DNA from: Phyllosticta citribraziliensis
Taxonomy: Eukaryota
NCBI RefSeq assembly: GCF_038025025.1
Contig: NW_027117344.1
Coordinates: forward strand, 248,001 to 312,000
Direction: 5' to 3'
Length of the DNA: 64,000 nt
Within the stretch, counting starts at the first letter, position 1. Each line of letters opens with the position of its first letter. Below the pieces are notes generated by a model. That model saw nothing but the letters and a program-made list of their open reading frames with translations, did no database searches and had not been told where the DNA came from. Both the position numbers and the translations under genes were made by a program. Below, piece after piece: positions 1 through 10,468 of this stretch.

Positions 1-2
1 CT

Positions 3-3000
3 GGACTGCCAAACTTCTCTGGACTTCCGACTGGCGCTCTCGAAAGCTTGGTGAGCGGTCTGCCTTCGCAGATCATCAGCGCAATCACCCAACCGCCTGC
101 AGTACTTTCCAGTGCATTGGACAACTTGCCCACCCAGGTATTGCCTTCAGTCCTTTCTGAGCTGTCCGAGTTGCAAAGCCAGCTGCCTACACTGCTCCCA
201 ACTCAACCCCTGATCAGCTTGATCAGCGATTTGCCTTCGGCGATCCAAAGCGCGATTACTCAGCCCCCCGCGGCTCTTTCTAGTGCCCTGGACAACCTGC
301 CAACTGGAATTCTTCCATCGGTACTATCAGAACTGTCACAAATCCAGAGCGCCCTGCCTACTCTCAGCAACGTGGCCCCCCTGGAGAGCCTCGTTAGCGG
401 CTTACCCTCTGCAATCCAGTCCGCTTTAACACAGCCTCCCGCAATACTCTCTAGCGCGTTGGACAACTTGCCGACTCAGGTCCTTCCATCTGTGCTGTCT
501 GAGCTGTCTGAGCTTCAGAGTGCCTTGCCTACTGCTCCCATCGGATCCATCATCTCGGCTTTGCCCAGCAACCTGGCCCCAGTGGAGTCTCTCGTTAGTG
601 GCTTGCCTTCAGCTATCCAAAGCGCCCTTACTCAGCCGGCTCCGATCCTCTCTAGTGCTTTGGAGAACTTGCCCACGCAGGCTTTGCCCTCCGTGCTGTC
701 AGAATTGTCCCAGATCCAAAGTCTTGTTCCCACGGCGCCAATTGGGTCCATTATCTCGGCCTTGCCCAGCAACCTGGCCCCGGTGGAGTCTCTCGTCAGC
801 GGCTTGCCCTCAGCAATTCAGAGTGCCCTTACTCAGCCTCCAGCGATACTCTCCAGCGCCCTGAGTAACTTGCCAACCCAGGTGCTGCCCTCCGTTTTGA
901 GCCAGATCAGCCAGATTGAGAGTGCTATTCCTTCGGTTATCTCTCCTATCGGCAGCATCATTTCTGGAATCCCGTCAGCGGTCCCTAGCATCTTGCCCAG
1001 TGGTGCTTTGTCCAGCGCATTGGGCCCGCTGGAGAGTGCACTCACCCAGCTTCCCGGAGGCGTCGAGTCGGCCTTGTCCCAGATCGCTACAAACCCAGCT
1101 GCGTTGTCCAGTGCAATTGGTGCACTTCCCAGTTCCGTGCTACCGGCCTTGAGTTCTGAGCTGTCGGCGATTGGCTCCGCCTTGACGCCCGTGGCCTCGA
1201 ACCTTGCTCCCATTGCCAGCAACTTGCCTGGAGCTGTTTCGTCCATCGTCAGTGGTCTTGAGCCCATTGCATCGATCTTGAATCCTAGCAACAACCCCTT
1301 GACGAGTCTCCTGAACCCCTCTAACATTGGAAGCATCATCAATCCCTCAGGTATCTCGTCAGCATTCAACCCCCTGACGTCGGCTTTGAACCCGTCTGGA
1401 TTGACGTCTGCACTGAACCCGCTTTCATCGGCGCTTAACCCATCTGGATTATCGTCTGCACTGAACCCGCTTTCATCAGCGCTCAACCCCTCTGGATTGA
1501 CGTCTGTACTGAACCCGCTTTCATCGGCGCTCAACCCGTCTGGTCTTTCGTCCGCGTTGAACCCGCTGTCGTCCGCTCTTAACCCATCTGGTCTTTCGTC
1601 TGCATTGAACCCGCTGTCGTCCGCTCTTAACCCCTCTGGATTGTCGTCAGCTCTCAACCCCCTGACCTCCGCGTTGAACCCGTCTGGTCTTTCATCCGCG
1701 TTGAACCCGCTGTCCTCGGCCTTGAACCCGTCAGGCCTGTCTTCCGCGTTGAACCCGCTGTCGTCTGCCCTGAACCCGTCAGGATTGTCGTCAGCTCTTA
1801 ACCCCCTGACCTCCGCCTTGAACCCGTCTGGTCTTTCATCCGCGTTGAACCCGCTGTCCTCGGCCTTGAACCCGTCAGGTCTTTCATCCGCGTTGAACCC
1901 GCTGTCCTCGGCCTTGAACCCGTCAGGCCTGTCTTCCGCGTTAAACCCGCTGTCGTCCGCCCTGAACCCGTCAGGTCTTTCCTCTGCATTGAACCCGCTG
2001 TCGTCGGCTCTCAACCCCCTGACTTCCGCCCTGAACCCGTCAGGCCTTTCCTCTGCGTTGAACCCGCTGTCGTCGGCTCTCAACCCCCTGACTTCCGCCC
2101 TGAACCCGTCAGGCCTTTCCTCTGCGTTGAACCCGCTGTCGTCGGCTCTCAACCCCCTGACTTCCGCCCTGAACCCGTCAGGCCTTTCCTCTGCGTTGAA
2201 TCCGCTGTCGTCAGCACTTAACCCGCTTTCGTCTGCCCTGAACCCGTCAGGCCTTTCCTCTGCGTTGAACCCGCTGTCGTCGGCTCTCAACCCCCTGACT
2301 TCCGCCCTGAACCCGTCAGGCCTTTCCTCTGCATTGAATCCGCTGTCGTCGGCACTTAACCCGCTTTCGTCTGCCCTGAACCCGTCGGGCCTGTCTTCTG
2401 CCTTGAACCCGCTGTCGTCGGCTCTCAACCCCTTGACTTCCGCCCTGAACCCGTCGGGCCTGTCTTCTGCCTTGAACCCGTTGTCCTCGGCGCTTAACCC
2501 CCTGACTTCGGCTCTCAATCCCTCGGCTCTGTCCTCGGCCATCAACCCCCTGACTTCAGCACTTAATCCCACACGCCTCTCCTCGGTATTGAACCCTGTC
2601 ACTTCGATCGTCAATCCCTCTGGTATTGTTTCCGGTGTCAACTCGATTGCCACGGGCATCAACTCGCTTGGAAACGGCGTATCATCAGCACTCGGAGGAG
2701 CAAACACCGCCGCAGCCTCTCTTGGAGCTGGCGTGAGTTCCGCGTTGGGCGGCGGCCTCGGGTCCATCCTCAACCCGACAGCGACTGCCGCCCCGTCCTC
2801 CACTAGGGCTGTGACGGCGCCTGGCGCCTCCTTTTCCATCATCGCGACGGGCACTGTGTACGGCAACGTGTACAACTACGTCTTCTACGCCAACACGCTT
2901 GTGAGCGTCAATGGCGGGTTCCTCGACCCGCGGACGGGCTCCGTCCAGGGTCTCCTACCCGGCGGCCAGCTCGTCGCCCTCCTGAGCGACGGTCTGCACA

Positions 3001-3113
3001 TCGCCAACAGGCTTGTGCCTTACCCGCAGGCGTGGTTGGAGATCCTGGCCCAGCTAGGCATCCGTCTCCCCATCGTCTCGCGTCTCCCCATCAACATCCC
3101 CGCCAAGGCTTAA
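3..3113 (+). CDS. 5'-truncated low-complexity Ser/Ala/Leu/Pro/Asn tandem-repeat protein (possibly secreted/cell-wall structural protein)
   Basis: Frame is open from base 3 to TAA at 3111-3113, so the start lies upstream of the window. It has ~5 copies of a ~60-66-aa repeat (LESLVSGLPSAIQSALTQPPAILSSALDNLPTQVLPSVLSELS), then ~50 SALNP-based 7/9-aa units, then a unique ~100-aa C-terminus. Variation between repeats is mostly at third codon positions, supporting coding status on +. Confidence 0.85.
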   Translation, partial: GLPNFSGLPTGALESLVSGLPSQIISAITQPPAVLSSALDNLPTQVLPSVLSELSELQSQLPTLLPTQPLISLISDLPSAIQSAITQPPAALSSALDNLPTGILPSVLSELSQIQSALPTLSNVAPLESLVSGLPSAIQSALTQPPAILSSALDNLPTQVLPSVLSELSELQSALPTAPIGSIISALPSNLAPVESLVSGLPSAIQSALTQPAPILSSALENLPTQALPSVLSELSQIQSLVPTAPIGSIISALPSNLAPVESLVSGLPSAIQSALTQPPAILSSALSNLPTQVLPSVLSQISQIESAIPSVISPIGSIISGIPSAVPSILPSGALSSALGPLESALTQLPGGVESALSQIATNPAALSSAIGALPSSVLPALSSELSAIGSALTPVASNLAPIASNLPGAVSSIVSGLEPIASILNPSNNPLTSLLNPSNIGSIINPSGISSAFNPLTSALNPSGLTSALNPLSSALNPSGLSSALNPLSSALNPSGLTSVLNPLSSALNPSGLSSALNPLSSALNPSGLSSALNPLSSALNPSGLSSALNPLTSALNPSGLSSALNPLSSALNPSGLSSALNPLSSALNPSGLSSALNPLTSALNPSGLSSALNPLSSALNPSGLSSALNPLSSALNPSGLSSALNPLSSALNPSGLSSALNPLSSALNPLTSALNPSGLSSALNPLSSALNPLTSALNPSGLSSALNPLSSALNPLTSALNPSGLSSALNPLSSALNPLSSALNPSGLSSALNPLSSALNPLTSALNPSGLSSALNPLSSALNPLSSALNPSGLSSALNPLSSALNPLTSALNPSGLSSALNPLSSALNPLTSALNPSALSSAINPLTSALNPTRLSSVLNPVTSIVNPSGIVSGVNSIATGINSLGNGVSSALGGANTAAASLGAGVSSALGGGLGSILNPTATAAPSSTRAVTAPGASFSIIATGTVYGNVYNYVFYANTLVSVNGGFLDPRTGSVQGLLPGGQLVALLSDGLHIANRLVPYPQAWLEILAQLGIRLPIVSRLPINIPAKA
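1356..2600 (+). repeat. Coding minisatellite: 21-bp (SALNPLS/T) and 27-bp (SALNPSGLS) units forming 48-bp and then 69-bp higher-order repeats
   Basis: Seen directly, e.g. recurring ttgaacccgctgtcgtc and aacccgtcaggcctttcctctgcg. Period switches from 16 aa to 23 aa at about 1990. Confidence 0.95.
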
Positions 3114-5040
3114 TGAATTCTTCGACGACCTTTGAGATCCTTCCCGTTGGTTTGCAAGCTTTAGCGAAGCGTTACGCAGCAGCATCATCATCATCATCAT
3201 CGTCATCATACGTACATTCTTGACCGTCTTTTTCCGCTCCCGCTATCGTCTACATTGTAGAAGAGAAAAGTCCAGTCATGCGCGCGCCAGTCAACACTTT
3301 CCTTTTTCGCTTCTCTTTTCTCCCGGGGATTGTTTTACTTTTCTATCCAGCCCGACATCATAACGACGAAAAAGAGGGTCTGTGTTTGCTAATGAGAAAG
3401 AACCTGTCTGATGATCATGTCAAAGCAAAAAAGCTGTTCGGCCAAACTTGGATCTTTGGACGCCTGTAATACCTCATGTTATCGATGTACGAGCGCCTGT
3501 GTACTTGTACTTTTAGAGAGAGGAGAGCTTGGGGTGAATTCAGCTTTTTTCCTTACTTTGCTGCCCTGATGCGTGACTTTTGCAATGCGTAAGAAAATTG
3601 ATGTTGCTGACTGTGTTAAGAGAGCAGTGGGCGAGTTCATCGGTTGAGGATGACGAATGCTCCCAGGAGAAGTAGAAAGAGGGAAGGCACTTGGAAACAA
3701 CAATTTGCAAATGAGGAGGGACGTAGAGACAGGTATCCCGGGATTGGCTCTTTTGTCCCGAGTTTCGCAAGTCATCGGAGCGATCGATTGGACCTCTCTA
3801 CTAGGCGAAGAAGACATTGTTCTTTGAGGCCTTCTGGAGGCTCGGAGTCTACATTTCCACGTGGAGATATCACAGCGAGGAGAAGTACAAACAGGAGCAG
3901 AAGGGCAAGGCAAGATCAAAGCGAATTGACAAGAGACAAATACAATAGGACACTGCGCCCCGTCCCGCGATAATCGGCGCTTGACGTATGCACAACATGT
4001 TAGTATTTGAATACTTCTGGCAGGAGGAAGAGGCTGGTCTTCTGTAGCGCCAGAAAAGCAAAAGAAAGAAAGCTGAGGATTCAGGCTTATGAGGGGGTTG
4101 GTTCCAGTTGTAGCACTCCCGTCGGCCGAAAGAGGCAATGTCTGATTCTGCAACTTCAAACGTAGTAGAGCTTCTGATCTCCCGTCGGTTCTCACTCCGG
4201 ATGGTCTGTCTTCCGCACAGTCCCCAGCGTTCAACTCTCTCAGGACTGACGACACTTTCACTACGTTCGAAGTTAAAAACCGATAGCCTCTTTGGGCCAT
4301 TGCGATACAACTTCAAACGTAGTACTTCTGATTTCCCATCAGCTAGCTCTCAATATGGGTGGTCTGTCTTCCGCACCACCAGCAGGCATTGAACCCGTTG
4401 TCCTCGGAGCTCAACCCGCTGAGGACACTTCCACTACGTTTGAAGTTGAAAACTGATAGCCTCTTTGGGCGATTGCGATACAACTTCAAACGTAGAGACG
4501 TCTGACACCTATCAATTCCAGCGGAATCCCCCCGACTGGTCTGAAGAAATCGATGAACATAGGAACAGAATGAAATGTATGCATGCTACTTCAGCGTCAC
4601 CGACAGCAGAAACTATCATTACAACATGACGGCGTCAGCCAGAACCCAGGCCTCCTGCAAGTACCGTACCCAGAAAAGGACGGCAGGATGCCGGGCCTAG
4701 CATATCAGGAAGTCAATCCAAAGTATGTAGAGGAGGCCATATATTGGAGCCTGACGTCTGAGGCGGACACACTCCGTTGGCCGAAAGAGGCAACCCCCAA
4801 TTTTGCAATCTCAAACGTAGTAGAGCTTTTGCTGCCGTCGCCAGTCTCCCTATCATTTCGGTGTTGCCCAGAACGATTGCCTCTTTGGGCGATTGAGAAG
4901 CAACTTCAAACGTAGTAAAGCTTTTGTTCCTAGCAGTATTGCCACTCACAACGACTGTACTGGGCAGCCCGCTGAGGATGCCTCTACTACGTTTGAAGTT
5001 ATACAAGGGATGACCCTTTTCGGCACATGAGGTCCCAATT

Positions 5041-5377
5041 TCAAACGTAGTAGAGCTTCTGTTCGACAGTCTTCCTAGCAGTGTTGAACCTTCCGTCTAC
5101 CGCTCTAGACAGCCTGCCATCAAGCAAAGCTCAACTACGTTTGAAGTTATGAACCGATCACCTCTTTGGGCGGATGAGGTCCAACTTCAAACGTAGTAGA
5201 ACTTCTGTTCAACAGTTTTCCTAGCAGTGTTGAACCTCACGTCAACCGCTCTAGACAGCCTGCCATCAAGCAAAGCTCAACTACGTTCGAAGTTACGAAC
5301 CGATTACCTCTTTGGGCGGATGAGGTCCAACTTCAAGCGCAGTAAAGCTTCTGCTCGACAGTCTTCCTAGCAGTGTT
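5041..5377. repeat. ~146-bp tandem duplication (~2.3 copies) inside the palindromic array
   Basis: tcaaacgtagtag...cttctgttc...cctagcagtgttgaacc...ccgctctagacagcctgccatcaagcaaagctcaactacg recurs at 5041, 5187 and (partly) 5333. Confidence 0.9.
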
Positions 5378-5475
5378 TTCCCTCTGCACTCGGCCGCTAT
5401 GTTCGAAGTTGCGAAACGATTACCTCTTTTGGCCACGCTGGCAGACCGATTAATGGTTCATTTGACCAGATTCTC

Positions 5476-5546
5476 TCAGCACTTGACAAGATTCCATCAG
5501 CACTTGACAAGATTCCATCAGCACTTGACAAGATTCCATCAGCACT
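5476..5546. repeat. 21-bp tandem repeat (tcagcacttgacaagattcca) x3.3
   Basis: Three exact copies 5476-5538 plus a partial copy; reads SALDKIP in one + frame. Confidence 0.95.
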
Positions 5547-5926
5547 CGGCCGCTACGTTTGAAGTTGCGAAACGATTGCCTCTTTCGGCCACGTTGGTAG
5601 AATGATTTAAGAGCACACTTGACAAGATACCATCGGCACTCGGCCGCTACTTTCAAAGTTGTAGAACGATTGCCCCTTTGGGACACGTGGGCAGATCGAT
5701 CAATGGTCCGATGAACAAGATACCATCGGCACTCGGCCGCTACGTTCAATGTTGCAGAACGATTACCTCTTTCGGCGAACAGTACTTTCCATCCCGTCGC
5801 TCTTCCCATAAATCCGCCGTCTCTGCGCAGCCAACCCCGGTATCGTGCGGAATAGATGGCGTACACCATCAAGCATCGATGACGAGACATCAGGAAAAAA
5901 AAAAAAAAAAAAAAAAAGGGACATAA

Positions 5927-6310
5927 TCTCAATCCACACTCCCACCCTCCTAATTATTCACTATCCACCCTCTTAAACTGAATCCACCCTCCCAAGAATT
6001 ATATAAGCAAGGGGGCCCGTGAGTAGTAAAATTTTCACTATTCTCTTATATTATAATCTTACTCCTGGTATTTTATATACACTTTTTAACCTTACTAACC
6101 TAGTTAGTACTACCTTATTATTCTTATTTCTACCTTATCACTATAGGCGCGCGCATGTAGGAGTATAGTAGTGGTAGTAGTGGTGGTGGTGATTATATAA
6201 GAACTAAAACAACAAATGACTTACCTAATTGAGATGGGATACGGGGAGGGTATATTCAGTTTAAGAGGGTGGATGGTGAGCGGGGTGGTATAATATTGTG
6301 TGGATTGAGA
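5927..6310. mobile_element. Non-autonomous TIR element (MITE-like), AT/TpA-rich and probably RIP-mutated
   Basis: Left end tctcaatccacac...tcactatccaccctcttaaactgaatccaccctccc (5927-5993) is the imperfect reverse complement of right end gggagggtatattcagtttaagagggtggatggtga...gtgtggattgaga (6244-6310). No internal ORF; strongly AT-rich against GC-rich flanks. Confidence 0.75.
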
Positions 6311-7149
6311 ATTTAACACAAAAAAAAAAAAAAAAAAAAACAGTGCTTGGATCTCCTCTGCGCAATAAGGGCGCGAGCGGAAATCAGACTGCCATAGCAT
6401 GTTGGCATCTGCTAGACGCCCAGCAGAGAAGGAGTACATGTCGTATCCGCGTGGTTCACTGCTGTCGTCCGCCAGCTTTGCTTCTGCGAAAGAAGAGAGA
6501 GGCTAGTAAGGCCTTTGTACCTGCCACCGCCCCTTTTCACATAGCAGCCCGTCGCTGCATGCTTTTCGTGCCTCAAGGGCGCCGCCATATAAATCTTCTC
6601 CTCTCAAATGCAAGAAAGAATCAAGCAAGACGATGCCAAACATCCCTTCTCTGGAGTTCAAGAAGAAGGATTACTGGTGGCTGTGCTGTTCTGTGAGCAT
6701 AGTGGCAGAGATAGAAGCTGCGTGCTCAGTCAGTTTTTATGGGATGTTGTTGAGAAGAAATGTTGACTGTGTTTATGAAGACATGCTGATTTGTTTTTGT
6801 GTGGTGTGGTGGAGACCTGAGTTGACAAGCTTCTCACGTGTGAATGCTCCCCATGTGCGTGTGCTGTGTGCGTACAGACGCTCCCTATATGCATGCTCTT
6901 ACTGCGTGCGTGCGAAATGCCAGCTCATAGTATACATACACGCTCTATGTGCGCGGATGCTCCCAGTGATCAACGCGTCGACGGGTTGCGATGTCGCTGC
7001 TCAGGAGCGTCAATACGGGAAGATGCAATATGAGGAAAGCGACCAAAGGCCTAGGAGAGCCAGAGCCGCCAGAAACCGGACAAGGGGTTTGTCCCCGTCC
7101 GACCTCGACTTTGATTACACTGCCCGAATCAGCCTCATCCACCCCCCCA

Positions 7150-8140
7150 CTACAACCCCTCCAAGAGCTTCTCAACCACCAGCGCCACGCCCTCTCCCGT
7201 CTCCCAGCACTCATCATGCTGCCCCTTTATGTCAACCGTCCGCACACCCGCCGCAGCCTCCTCCGCCGCCCGCCTCATCAGCTCCACCTGCTCCCACTCC
7301 ACCAGCCCATCCACGCGGCTCTGCGCCAGAACCACCCTCTGCAACCGCTTCAACACAGGCGCCACGCGCACCGGACTCGCCTCCGCCCACGCCGCTCTCA
7401 TGGCGTCGTCGACGCTGCCGCCATCGCCGCCGAATGCGCCGGCTAGGATCTCCGCGTACACGGGCACGTCGCCGTGATTCGCCGCGAAGCGCGGGACGTC
7501 GTAGATGCCCGAGATGCCCGCGACAGCACGCGGCAGCGCGCCCGCCTCCTCTAAATGTGGCAGCACCTGCAGCGCGAGCGTGGCGCCGCAGCTGTGGCCG
7601 AGCAGGACGAAGGGGCGCTGGGAGCCGACGGCGTAGAGGCGGCGCAGGGCGGCGAGCGCCTCGAGCACGTCGTCGCGGTGCGCGGGGTGCGCGACGGCGC
7701 GGCCTTCGAGCGCCGCGGCGGTCGTGTCGGGGGGGAGGCGGGTTGGGTGCGTCGGGTGTGTTGGGTAGGGCGAGAGGCGGTAGTGGAGGGAGGCGATGCC
7801 GGCGATGTGCGGGAGAGAGGGCGAGTTGTTGCGCAAGAGGTACGCGATGGTGGGTTGGATGGAGGAGGCGGCGATGAGCGGGTCGCGCCAGGCGCCGCCG
7901 TGGATGTAGCTGAGGACAGCGTTAGCAAATTGCGTTGTACTGTGTTGTTGTGGTGTAGTTGATTGTGGCGCGGGGCGGCGGGCATGTTCGGTGGTGGGGA
8001 GCTCGTCTCGACTCGACTCACACTACCCAGACTGCATCTTCAGGACTCTCCTCGAGGGGCCGCGGGAGCCAGATGTCGAGCGTGTTGAGGCGCGAATGCG
8101 TCGCGTAAGGAATGTCGTTGATGTAGAGAGGATAGGCCAT
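7150..8140 (-). CDS. BNA7: Kynurenine formamidase (alpha/beta hydrolase), 2 exons (intron 7910-8021)
   Basis: Spliced reading gives MAYPLYINDIPY...LNTLDIWLP...WVVYIHGGAWRDP, then ASLHYRLSPYP, the GHSCGA nucleophile motif, GIYD and a C-terminal GQHDECW. Donor GTGAGT, branch GCTAAC and acceptor CAG are present. Confidence 0.85.
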
Positions 8141-8564
8141 GGTGGTGATGAAGCAAGCATCACTGAGGTAGCGCCGACGAACGCGTTAAGTATCCACGCG
8201 TAGCGGCGAAGTCGGGTGTTTTCCCCAATTGCGAATGAAAAATTGCCCGTGGCCCCCATTGATGAATGCCACCATTGCGCAATCTGAAAGAGTAAAGATC
8301 CATTTTGAGCGGGGATATGAAGAACCCAAACCCCTCCATTCCATCCCACCGTTCATCCAATGACGCACGCTGGCTCGCGCGCTCCGCTACAACGCCATGC
8401 CGACTACATTCGCGTTTTGTTTGCCGCTCGAACAGAAAAGAAAAAACCCCAAAAAGAAGCCCCCAATGATGCTCAGCCGTATATTACAGGTAGCCATGAA
8501 CGCTGGCGCTGTCCTATTTTATGCCGCCTGACAATGCTCCACCCTTCTCCCGTCGCGATGGAAA

Positions 8565-9924
8565 TCACCTCCTCTGCGTCCTGCTGTCAAAGCTGTTCAG
8601 GACCGTCTCTTGCACGTTTTCGCCCTGCTGCCTGAGCTCCTGGGCCTCGCGCTCGACCTGCTGCGCGCGCTCCGAGCTCGTCGCGGCCGGGTTGCCACCG
8701 TCGTTGCTCGGGGACGACTTTTGCGAGTCGATCAAGCCGCCAATGGTCTGCGCCATTTGCTTGCCCTGGCCCTCGGACACCTTGCCGTAGACCGACATGG
8801 CCGTCGCAATCATGCTGCCAATGTCGCCCACGTTGCCGGGGACGACGACGCTGGTGCCCTCCTTGGCCAGCCTGCCAAAGGCCTCGACGTACTGCTCCGC
8901 AATCTTGAGGCTGACGGCGTTTTGTGCACTGCTCTGGCCCTGCTCAATGGCCCTGGCGACCGAGTCGATGCCCGAAGCCGTGGCGTTGGCCTTGAGCAGA
9001 ATCGCCTCGGCCTCTCCGCTCGCCATGTTGATCTGCTCCGCCTTGAGGGCCTCGGACGCCAGAATCACGCTCTGCTTGCGTCCCTCGGCAATGTTGATGG
9101 CGCTCTGGCGCTGGCCTTCGGACTCGAGAATCTCGGCGCGCTTGCTGCGCTCGGCCGTGACCTGGCGGTGCATGGCCTCGACGACGGGGGCGGGCGCGTG
9201 AATGTCGCGGATCTCGTAGCGCAGGCAGGTGACGCCCCAGTCCTGGGCAGCCTCGTTGATGGCCGCGGTGATGTTGGCGTTGAGGTTGGCGCGCTCCTTG
9301 AGGACGTGGTCGAGCGTCAGTTGGCCGATTTCCGAACGCATCGTCGTCTGGGCGAGCTGCGAGATGGCGTATTCGGCGTCCTCGACTCCGTAGCTGTGCC
9401 TGTTAGCAACGTCCCTCGCACCAATATTGTCCGCCTCACCTGGCCCTGTATGCGTCAAACACGCGCGTGTACAGCACGCCGTCCAGCTCCAACGTGACGT
9501 TGTCCGCGGTAATGGCGCTCTGACTAGGAATCTCAATCGCGGCCTCCTTCAAGCTCTTGACGTACGCGATCCGGTCGAGAAACGGAATCAAAATGGCCAA
9601 GCCGGGCTGCAGTATGCGGTCAAACTTGCCCATGCGCTCGACGATCCATGCCGTCTGCTGGGGCACGAAGCGGATGACGGTGTTGGCGGGCAGAGCTTGG
9701 CGCGAGAAGAAGGTGACGGGGGCATTGTTTCCGCCGCCAGAGAGGTTGCCCAGCAGGCCGGGGTTGTTGAACGATGACGGCGTCGAGTTGGAGAAGTGGC
9801 GGCGAGACGACAAGGCGAGAGTCGAACGAGCGGTTGCGAGCGCGGTGGATCTGGCGGCGGGAGTGCAGAGGGCGCGAGCCACTGCTGGCGCAGCTGTGTG
9901 GAGCAGCTTGGTAGCGGGCGCCAT
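8565..9924 (-). CDS. Mitochondrial stomatin-like (SPFH/band-7, SLP-2-type) protein, intron 9394-9439
   Basis: NTVIRFVPQQTAWIVERMGKF...AIEIPSQSAITADNVTLELDGVLY...ASYGVEDAEYAISQLAQTTMRSEIG...ESEGQRQSAINIAEG, preceded by an Arg/Ala/Ser-rich presequence-like N-terminus. Confidence 0.93.
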
Positions 9925-10468
9925 GTTGTCGTGGAGAGCAGCGGTGGTGTGAACAGCCTAAGAGATGCTCGAAGCTCTCGGACTGGACTGACTGGGTAGC
10001 TCGGCGTTGGAGCCAGAGGCCGTCCGTCTCTCGGCGCCGCCCATGGTTTTCTCCGCTGCACGGACCAGGGAAGCAGCCGCAGAAGGACCACAGGCATCCT
10101 CGCAGTTTCTCCAACACCAACCAGGCCACCCACTATGATTAAGTCAATTCGAACATCGATCCAAAATTCCATTTTCAATCCTACTACAACCGAGTCTCTA
10201 CTGCCTCCAATCACATTCAATCCACAAGAGCAAGGACAAAGACAACAAAACGTCATTGAAAGGCCGAACTATCATCAATCTCAAGTCAAGATGCAGGGTA
10301 TCATGGCATCATCATCATCGTCGTCGTCATCAATCATAACCCCATAGAGACGTATTGATCCAAAAGACCCCGAATGCTTTTCTTTTCCCCTCCTTTCCTT
10401 TCCCTTCCCAATCCAGCCACCCAGCCGGTCCACCACCATGACCACAAGCCCAACTCCAACCACCACAC

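Larger units (their letters stand above)
4124..5777. repeat. Array of ~12 full or partial copies of a palindromic module CTACGTTTGAAGTT-N-CCTCTTTGGGC-N-CAACTTCAAACGTAG (foldback-like)
   Basis: Perfect 15-bp inverted arms 4434-4448 / 4481-4495 around a 32-nt loop. Further hairpin copies near 4261, 4982, 5135 and 5281; half copies near 4870, 5396, 5552, 5646 and 5739; inverted copies near 4124-4165 and 4779-4820. Confidence 0.9.

Noticed and set aside
833..2875. 680-aa minus-strand ORF with RADDSGFNAEERPDGF repeats
   Set aside because: Antisense shadow of the repeat gene; synonymous variation fits the + strand frame.
4124..5777. CRISPR array interpretation
   Set aside because: Eukaryotic context and no cas genes. 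Repeats are degenerate and in both orientations, and the spacers are related to each other and variable in length rather than unique.
3479..5932. ORFs across the palindromic array (3479-4300, 4583-4915, 5450-5932 etc.)
   Set aside because: Translations of repeat modules or poly-A; no transposase or other domain recognisable.
6633..7877. 414-aa + strand ORF and other overlapping ORFs
   Set aside because: GC-rich antisense shadow of the kynurenine formamidase gene.
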